DNA from: a virus
Taxonomy: Duplodnaviria > Heunggongvirae > Uroviricota > Caudoviricetes
IMG/VR virus record: IMGVR_UViG_2695420687_000011
Length of the DNA: 4,111 bases
Direction: 5' to 3' (one strand)
The notes beneath the pieces are model-generated. The model saw nothing but the letters and a program-made list of their open reading frames with translations. It was not told where the DNA came from and ran no database searches. The position numbers and the translations under genes were made by a program. Shown piece after piece: positions 1 to 4,111 of this stretch; within the stretch, counting starts at the first letter, position 1, and the number at the start of each line of letters is the position of its first letter.

Positions 1-328
1 GATGACGCATGGCCTGTAACCGGATGCGGCGTTCACTCTGCATCCGGCTACACAAATTTACTCCGCCAGAAAAAGCTCCAGCAGCGAATTTAAAAACAAC
101 TTCCCATGTTCCGTTATCTGCCAGTAATCCGCACATTCGGTGAGATAGCCCTGAGCGATAGCCTCGTCTCATCCGTTCTTGCTCTTCAATCACCTCGTTA
201 TTGTTGACGATGACATCCTTAGCAAAACGAAATACCGGATAACCCGTATCTTTGAGTTTAAATACGCCGCCCCAGGCCAGGTTCTGAAGCGGGGCGACAA
301 AAAAAGTGGTCACGCTGAATACCAGACA
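1..328 (-). CDS. Partial ORF of unknown function running off the left edge; start uncertain (GTG at 328-326 or ATG at 172-170)
   Basis: Minus-strand frame is open from the TAA at RC 341-343 to position 1 (about 113 codons). It lies downstream of and co-directional with the Cro-like gene, where lambdoid phages carry cII/replication genes. No convincing SD, the frame reads through the REP-like hairpin, and the ambiguous bases at 384-391 obscure the upstream region. Confidence 0.3.
20..47. repeat. REP-like palindromic element: perfect 8-bp stem CCGGATGC (20-27) / GCATCCGG (40-47) with a 12-nt loop
   Basis: Inverted repeat read directly. The CCGGATGCGGCG and GCATCCGGCTAC arms resemble the E. coli REP consensus as I recall it (GCCGGATGCGGCG...TTATCCGGCCTAC). 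No T-run follows on either strand, so it is not an obvious terminator. Confidence 0.4.
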
Positions 329-383
329 CAGGCTGTCGAATTTATTCCAGCGTATTTTTTCGCGCTCTTTTTTTCGCCTGACG

Positions 384-391
384 NNANTNNN
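384..391. other. Run of ambiguous bases (nnantnnn) in the assembly
   Basis: Seven N characters at 384-385, 387 and 389-391, interrupted by a (386) and t (388). They break every reading frame across this point. Confidence 0.95.
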
Positions 392-443
392 TCTGACAGC
401 TTTCACGTACCACTCAGGCTGTTTTTCCACTTTCCAGTGATGC

Positions 444-704
444 TTACCCACGGCTTACCTCCTTTTCCTGTGGTTTTAACTCATTCCGGTTTTGATTAGA
501 TTGAAAGCGGGCAGGATAGAGAATCTGCATTTCGCTGATTTCTCCCTTAAAAAAATTGGCCAGACGCTCTGCCAGATCGATAGATGGAATTTGTTCCAGT
601 CTCTCAATACGACTCAGCGTCGCTGGATTAACCTGAACACCCGCAGCAACATGCTGCAAAGTAAATCCGTGCGCCTTACGCACATTTCGTAATGGTGATT
701 GCAT
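444..704 (-). CDS. Cro-like HTH transcriptional regulator (XRE family), 86 aa
   Basis: ATG at RC 702-704 preceded by SD GGAGG (RC of 709-713) with a 4-nt spacer. HTH-like segment GFTLQHVAAGVQVNPATLSRIERLEQ. Divergent from the CI-like gene across a 97-bp palindrome-rich region. TAA stop at RC 444-446. Confidence 0.8.
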   Translation of the reverse strand: MQSPLRNVRKAHGFTLQHVAAGVQVNPATLSRIERLEQIPSIDLAERLANFFKGEISEMQILYPARFQSNQNRNELKPQEKEVSRG

Positions 705-801
705 ATAACCTCCACATATTGCGTGATAAGCATATTATTTAACGCAAATATTTTGCGCAAGTTGATTTGCTTAACGCGCAATAAAGAAATGTAATAAACG
801 C
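705..801. promoter_or_regulatory. Divergent promoter/operator region between the Cro-like and CI-like genes (OR-like)
   Basis: Palindromes read directly: TTGCttaacgcGCAA (767-781), CGCAAAtatTTTGCG (743-757), TTGCGCAA (753-760), imperfect TTGCgtgataaGCAt (719-733). Candidate leftward promoter: -35 TTGCGC (RC of 755-760), 17-bp spacer, -10 TAATAT (RC of 732-737). Candidate rightward -10 TAATAA (792-797) would start the repressor mRNA at or near its ATG. Promoter calls are by eye only. Confidence 0.6.
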
Positions 802-1494
802 ATGAACATAGGAAATCGAGTCAGACAACTTCGCCAGGCGAAGAACATGAAAATCGCCGATCTCGCTGAAGCAATAGGAGTGGATGCGGCGAATATCTCA
901 CGCCTGGAAACAGGTAAGCAGAAACAATTCACTGAACAAGCCCTGAGTAATATTGCCAGGAGCTTAGGTGTTGATATTGCAGATCTCTTTACCTCAGACT
1001 TCAAAAGTAATACTGTATGTAAAAACAGTGCTTGTGAGGATGTTGCGCAGGTGAAGGATGTATTCCGTATTGAAATGCTGGATGTCAGTGCCAGTGCGGG
1101 AAATGGCCTTATCCAGGGCGGTGATGTCATTGATGTGATTCATGCCATTGAATACAGAACTGATAATGCTGTATCGATGTTTGGCGGACGGCCAGCCAAT
1201 CACATTAAAGTTATCAACGTTCGTGGGGACAGTATGTGTCCAACCATTGAGCCAGGAGATCTCATCTTCGTTGATGTCAGTATCAATCAGTTTGATGGAG
1301 ATGGTATCTATGTATTTGGTTTTGATGATAAAATTTATGTCAAACGACTGCAAATGATACCTGACAAACTACTGGTGATTTCTGATAACCAGATTTACCG
1401 TGAATGGGGAATTACCAGCGAAAATGAACACCGGTTTATGGTCTTTGGAAAGGTCTTAATCAGCCAGTCACAAACCCTTAAGCGACACAATTAA
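802..1494 (+). CDS. CI-type phage repressor: N-terminal HTH (XRE) plus C-terminal S24 LexA-like autopeptidase domain, 230 aa
   Basis: N-terminal HTH pattern NIGNRVRQLRQAKNMKIADLAEAIGVDAANISRLETGKQ. S24 catalytic motifs present: GDSM with Ser144 (codon 1231-1233), Lys181 in VKRL (codon 1342-1344), candidate Ala99-Gly100 cleavage bond (1096-1101). TAA stop 1492-1494. No clear SD upstream, consistent with a leaderless or weakly initiated message. Confidence 0.9.
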   Translation: MNIGNRVRQLRQAKNMKIADLAEAIGVDAANISRLETGKQKQFTEQALSNIARSLGVDIADLFTSDFKSNTVCKNSACEDVAQVKDVFRIEMLDVSASAGNGLIQGGDVIDVIHAIEYRTDNAVSMFGGRPANHIKVINVRGDSMCPTIEPGDLIFVDVSINQFDGDGIYVFGFDDKIYVKRLQMIPDKLLVISDNQIYREWGITSENEHRFMVFGKVLISQSQTLKRHN

Positions 1495-1514
1495 CCCTTA
1501 CCTCCTCATCAATT

Positions 1515-1539
1515 AGCCACCCGAAGGTGGCTTTTCATT
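1515..1539 (+). terminator. Candidate rho-independent terminator after the repressor gene
   Basis: Stem AGCCACC (1515-1521), loop CGAA, stem GGTGGCT (1526-1532), followed by TTTCATT. Lies 21 bp after the repressor stop. Confidence 0.5.
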
Positions 1540-1549
1540 ACCCATTAAA

Positions 1550-1602
1550 TTGCATATCTCGCAACAAAAACACTTGCATAATGCGCAACTTCATTTTATC
1601 TT
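1550..1602 (+). promoter_or_regulatory. OL-like tandem operator palindromes with candidate rightward promoter
   Basis: Two 15-bp TTGC-N7-GCAA palindromes, TTGCATATCTCGCAA (1550-1564) and TTGCATAATGCGCAA (1574-1588), centres 24 bp apart, same half-sites as 767-781. Candidate promoter -35 TTGCAT (1574-1579), 17-bp spacer, -10 TATCTT (1597-1602); weak match, by eye. Confidence 0.4.
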
Positions 1603-2013
1603 TCTTTCCAGACAAACAAACAAGGTACTAACAAAATTTGGTTGTAACACGGCGTATGGCACATGCGTCGTTAGCGGTCTGGGGACGTTAAAGGGGACAA
1701 TCCACTCCTTGCTCGGGCAAACAAACCAGGTAGCCGGAATGTGCAAGTCAATGATGATGCTGATAAGACGCCTAACCAGCGTCGCGATTCGGTTTGACGC
1801 CTGGGAAGAGACCAGGGTGCAACGATGAGGGCATTTATGGAACCGCGACAAAGTGTGGTGCCGTAACTGGCTAAGTGCTCTCAGCGTTGTGGTAATCCGC
1901 GAAATGGCGCGGCGGTAAGTATGGCGGGGTTATTCCTTCCCCGTTGAGGACACCGGGTTGTCAGGTTGACCATACGCTTAAGTGACAAGCCCACCACAAC
2001 AGCCACTGCTTTG

Positions 2014-2060
2014 GCGGTACCAGTTTGTACACTTGCTTCCGGCTGGTACCGCTCTTTTTA
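2014..2060 (+). terminator. Terminator-like hairpin: 10-bp stem with T-tract
   Basis: GCGGTACCAG (2014-2023) pairs with CTGGTACCGC (2043-2052) around a 19-nt loop, followed by TCTTTTTA (2053-2060). The loop is long for a classical intrinsic terminator. Confidence 0.4.
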
Positions 2061-2148
2061 CAAAACAGAGAAGAGCATCACCGGACGACGGGCTCATAAC
2101 CCAATCCACCCGGGCGGCTGCCACCGCAGGTGCTCTTCTCTGTTTTGT
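2060..2148. repeat. Perfect 18-bp inverted repeat flanking a 53-bp GC-rich spacer
   Basis: ACAAAACAGAGAAGAGCA (2060-2077) is the exact reverse complement of TGCTCTTCTCTGTTTTGT (2131-2148), verified base by base. Sits 36 bp upstream of the yfdP-like SD. Function unknown. Confidence 0.85.
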
Positions 2149-2196
2149 GGAGAAACCAACCGACCTTGCAGGGTCGATATGATGAGGAGCAGCAAA

Positions 2197-2559
2197 ATGG
2201 CTAGCGAACGCAGTACTGATGTGCAGGCATTTATCGGGGAGCTGGACGGCGGCGTATTTGAAACCAAAATCGGCGCTGTTCTCAGTGAAGTCGCTTCAGG
2301 TGTGATGAACACGAAAACCAAAGGGAAGGTCTCGCTCAACCTGGAAATCGAACCGTTTGATGAGAACCGTGTGAAAATAAAACACAAACTCTCATATGTT
2401 CGTCCGACTAACCGCGGGAAAATTTCCGAAGAAGACACCACCGAAACGCCGATGTATGTCAATCGCGGTGGTCGCCTGACTATTCTGCAGGAAGACCAAG
2501 GACAATTACTGACTCTTGCCGGTGAACCTGACGGAAAACTCCGCGCAGCAGGTCATTAA
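2197..2559 (+). CDS. yfdP: YfdP-like prophage protein of unknown function, 120 aa
   Basis: ATG 2197 preceded by SD GAGGAG (2184-2189) with a 7-nt spacer; TAA stop 2557-2559. Sequence (MASERSTDVQAFIGELDGG...) and length match my recollection of E. coli K-12 CPS-53 YfdP; not verified by search. An alternative start at ATG 2179 (AGGG SD at 2170-2173) cannot be excluded. Confidence 0.8.
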   Translation: MASERSTDVQAFIGELDGGVFETKIGAVLSEVASGVMNTKTKGKVSLNLEIEPFDENRVKIKHKLSYVRPTNRGKISEEDTTETPMYVNRGGRLTILQEDQGQLLTLAGEPDGKLRAAGH

Positions 2560-2624
2560 TATCGTTCTTAATTAACTGATTATTTATCTCATCACTGAAT
2601 ATCCTTATATAGTGAGGACTTATT

Positions 2625-3449
2625 ATGTCTCAGAACTTAGACGCAACCGCAATTAATCAAATCCATGCCCTTATTTCTGCTCAGGGTGTTAATGAAATTA
2701 TTAGTAAGATTGGTGCCGATGCTGTGGCATTGCCTGAGAATTTCCGCATTCATGATCTGGAAAAATTTAATTTAAATCGCTTCCGTTTCCGTGGTGCGCT
2801 TTCCACTGCCAGCATCGATGACTTTACCCGTTATTCTAAAGATCTTGCAGATGAAGGCACCCGCTGCTTTATCGATGCCGATAATATGCGTGCCGTCAGT
2901 GTGCTTAACCTGGGTACTATTGATGAACCAGGTCACGCAGATAACACCGCCACTCTCAAACTGAAAAAGACAGCACCGTTCTCTGCTCTGTTGTCTGTTA
3001 ATGGCGAGCGTAACTCCCAAAAGTCACTGGCAGAATGGATTGAAGACTGGGCCGACTACCTTGTGGGCTTTGATGCTAATGGTGACGCCATTCAGGCAAC
3101 CAAAGCGGCTGCGGCGATCCGTAAAATCACAATTGAAGCGAACCAGACCGCTGATTTTGAAGACAATGACTTCAGCGGCAAACGCTCCCTGATGGAGTCT
3201 GTCGAAGCGAAGACCAAAGACATTATGCCAGTGGCATTTGAATTTAAATGCGTTCCGTTTGAAGGCCTGAAAGAACGTCCGTTTAAATTACGCCTCAGCA
3301 TTATCACTGGCGATCGTCCTGTACTGGTTCTGCGCATTATTCAGCTGGAAGCGGTGCAGGAAGAAATGGCTAACGAATTTCGTGATCTGCTTGTTGAGAA
3401 ATTTAAAGACAGCAAAGTAGAAACCTTTATTGGTACTTTCACCGCCTGA
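2625..3449 (+). CDS. yfdQ: YfdQ-like prophage protein (DUF2303 family), 274 aa
   Basis: ATG 2625 preceded by SD GAGGA (2614-2618) with a 6-nt spacer; 274-codon ORF with TGA stop 3447-3449. Sequence ([21 protein letters not shown]...) and length match my recollection of K-12 YfdQ; not verified. Confidence 0.85.
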   Translation: MSQNLDATAINQIHALISAQGVNEIISKIGADAVALPENFRIHDLEKFNLNRFRFRGALSTASIDDFTRYSKDLADEGTRCFIDADNMRAVSVLNLGTIDEPGHADNTATLKLKKTAPFSALLSVNGERNSQKSLAEWIEDWADYLVGFDANGDAIQATKAAAAIRKITIEANQTADFEDNDFSGKRSLMESVEAKTKDIMPVAFEFKCVPFEGLKERPFKLRLSIITGDRPVLVLRIIQLEAVQEEMANEFRDLLVEKFKDSKVETFIGTFTA

Positions 3450-3461
3450 TTTCATTACTGC

Positions 3462-3483
3462 AAATGCCCCTGCGGGGGCATTT
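3462..3483 (+). terminator. GC-rich hairpin between yfdQ-like and yfdR-like genes (terminator or mRNA stability element)
   Basis: AAATGCCCC (3462-3470), loop TGCG, GGGGCATTT (3475-3483): 9-bp stem whose A/T ends give a short T-run (CATTTAT). Begins 13 bp after the yfdQ stop. Confidence 0.3.
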
Positions 3484-3576
3484 ATGGAAACATAATTTAC
3501 TCAATAATCGCCGGATGGTGAGGGCTTCCTTTTACCAGAATTCAGCGCGGTGCAGCGCATATACGTGGAGAACAAA

Positions 3577-3936
3577 ATGTCATTTATTAAAACTTTTTCC
3601 GGGAAGCATTTTTATTATGACAAGATAAATAAAGACGACATCGTTATTAACGATATCGCGGTTTCCCTTTCAAATATCTGTCGCTTTGCAGGACATCTTT
3701 CACACTTCTACAGCGTCGCCCAACATGCGGTGCTTTGCAGCCAGCTGGTACCGCAGGAATTTGCTTTTGAAGCGTTAATGCATGATGCAACAGAAGCATA
3801 TTGCCAGGACATCCCCGCACCACTGAAACGCCTTCTTCCTGACTATAAACGGATGGAAGAAAAAATAGACGCCGTAATCCGTGAGAAATACGGGTTACCT
3901 CCTGTTTGCTGGTTAATCAGGCAGTTACCGGCATAG
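3577..3936 (+). CDS. yfdR: YfdR-like HD-domain protein, apparently 3'-truncated (119 codons; the K-12 protein is longer as I recall)
   Basis: ATG 3577 preceded by GGAGA (3566-3570). HD-superfamily signature H...HD present (GHLSHFYSVAQH, ALMHDATEAY), but the ORF ends 9 codons after KYGLPPV (CWLIRQLPA then TAG at 3934-3936), before the distal Asp expected in HD domains. Sequence character changes near 3906. Confidence 0.7.
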   Translation: MSFIKTFSGKHFYYDKINKDDIVINDIAVSLSNICRFAGHLSHFYSVAQHAVLCSQLVPQEFAFEALMHDATEAYCQDIPAPLKRLLPDYKRMEEKIDAVIREKYGLPPVCWLIRQLPA

Positions 3937-4111
3937 TTCCAGATCATCTTGATTGGAACATCCAGCTTATCTTTACCACGAACACCGTCACGCAGCGCCG
4001 TCATCTCCGGGCCGCGTTCAATCGCATCGGTCCACATAAACATGGAAATGCTGGTCTGGATCGGATTCTCGAGAGTAGGCATACGAACAAACGGTAAGCT
4101 GTATGAACCTT
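3843..4111 (-). CDS. C-terminal part of an unidentified minus-strand ORF entering from beyond the right edge
   Basis: Minus-strand frame is open from 4111 to the stop at RC 3843-3845 (...GSYSLPFVRMPTLENPIQTSISMFMWTDAIERGPEMTALRDGVRGKDKLDVPIKMIWNYAGN...). Its last ~21 codons are antisense to the yfdR-like 3' end. Product not recognised. Confidence 0.45.
   Translation of the reverse strand, partial: GSYSLPFVRMPTLENPIQTSISMFMWTDAIERGPEMTALRDGVRGKDKLDVPIKMIWNYAGNCLINQQTGGNPYFSRITASIFSSIRL

Noticed and set aside
362-375. Second boxA-like motif CGCTCTTTTTTT
   Set aside because: It is on the plus strand, whereas the Cro-side operon is transcribed on the minus strand, so it would not appear in that transcript. 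More likely just a T-rich tract.
179-692. ORFs 179-499 (+) and 492-692 (+)
   Set aside because: The first uses a TTG start, crosses the ambiguous bases and overlaps the Cro-like 3' end antisense; the second is entirely antisense to the Cro-like gene.
771-1357. ORFs 771-1130 (-), 994-1353 (-) and 1142-1357 (+) overlapping the repressor gene
   Set aside because: They lie antisense or out of frame within a CDS that has clear HTH and S24 motifs; no SD and low-complexity composition.
1550-2182. ORFs 1550-1828 (+), 1591-1851 (-) and 1982-2182 (+) in the leader region
   Set aside because: No SD, Cys/His/Pro-rich or otherwise implausible composition, and they overlap operator palindromes or the terminator hairpin. 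The region is more consistent with non-coding sequence, though a decayed gene is not excluded.
1590-2196. Retron ncRNA, CRISPR array or type III toxin-antitoxin repeat array in the leader
   Set aside because: No tandem direct repeats, no reverse transcriptase or cas genes nearby, and the single inverted repeat is too small and lacks retron a1/a2-msr/msd organisation.
1966-2559. 197-aa ORF in the track extending the yfdP-like gene 77 codons upstream
   Set aside because: The extension spans the terminator-like hairpin and the 18-bp inverted repeat, has no SD, and has implausible composition. A strong SD (GAGGAG 2184-2189) supports the internal ATG at 2197, which gives the 120-aa length I recall for YfdP.
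2094-3337. ORFs 2094-2462 (-), 2772-3020 (-), 3092-3337 (-) and 3001-3192 (+) inside the yfdP/yfdQ-like genes
   Set aside because: Antisense or alternate-frame ORFs within well-supported genes; no independent start signals.
3906-4097. ORF 3906-4097 (+), 63 aa
   Set aside because: No SD and implausible composition; the minus-strand frame across the same bases is open to the window edge and is the more likely coding strand.
3900-4111. Insertion sequence at the yfdR truncation point
   Set aside because: No terminal inverted repeat resembling IS families I know (IS1, IS2, IS3, IS5, IS10, IS30, IS150, IS186, IS911) and no transposase-like protein; the minus-strand ORF stops inside yfdR-derived sequence, unlike an IS-borne transposase.

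Overview
This 4.1-kb window reads as the immunity (lysogeny-switch) region of a lambdoid prophage of the E. coli CPS-53/KpLE1 type, possibly a degraded remnant. A Cro-like HTH gene (444-704, minus) and a CI/LexA-type autocleaving repressor (802-1494, plus) diverge from a 97-bp operator/promoter region. Downstream of the repressor lie a terminator, then about 650 bp with no convincing ORF but with operator-like palindromes, a terminator-like hairpin and a perfect 18-bp inverted repeat. Three co-directional genes follow, which I recognise from memory as yfdP-like (120 aa), yfdQ-like (274 aa, DUF2303) and yfdR-like (HD domain, apparently 3'-truncated near 3906). Both window edges carry partial or uncertain ORFs, there is a REP-like palindrome at 20-47, and bases 384-391 are ambiguous. 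No rRNA, tRNA, CRISPR array, transposase or integrase was seen. The best candidates for undescribed biology are the repressor-linked yfdP-yfdQ-yfdR module and its long structured leader, but sequence alone assigns neither a function. All homology statements are from memory and unverified.
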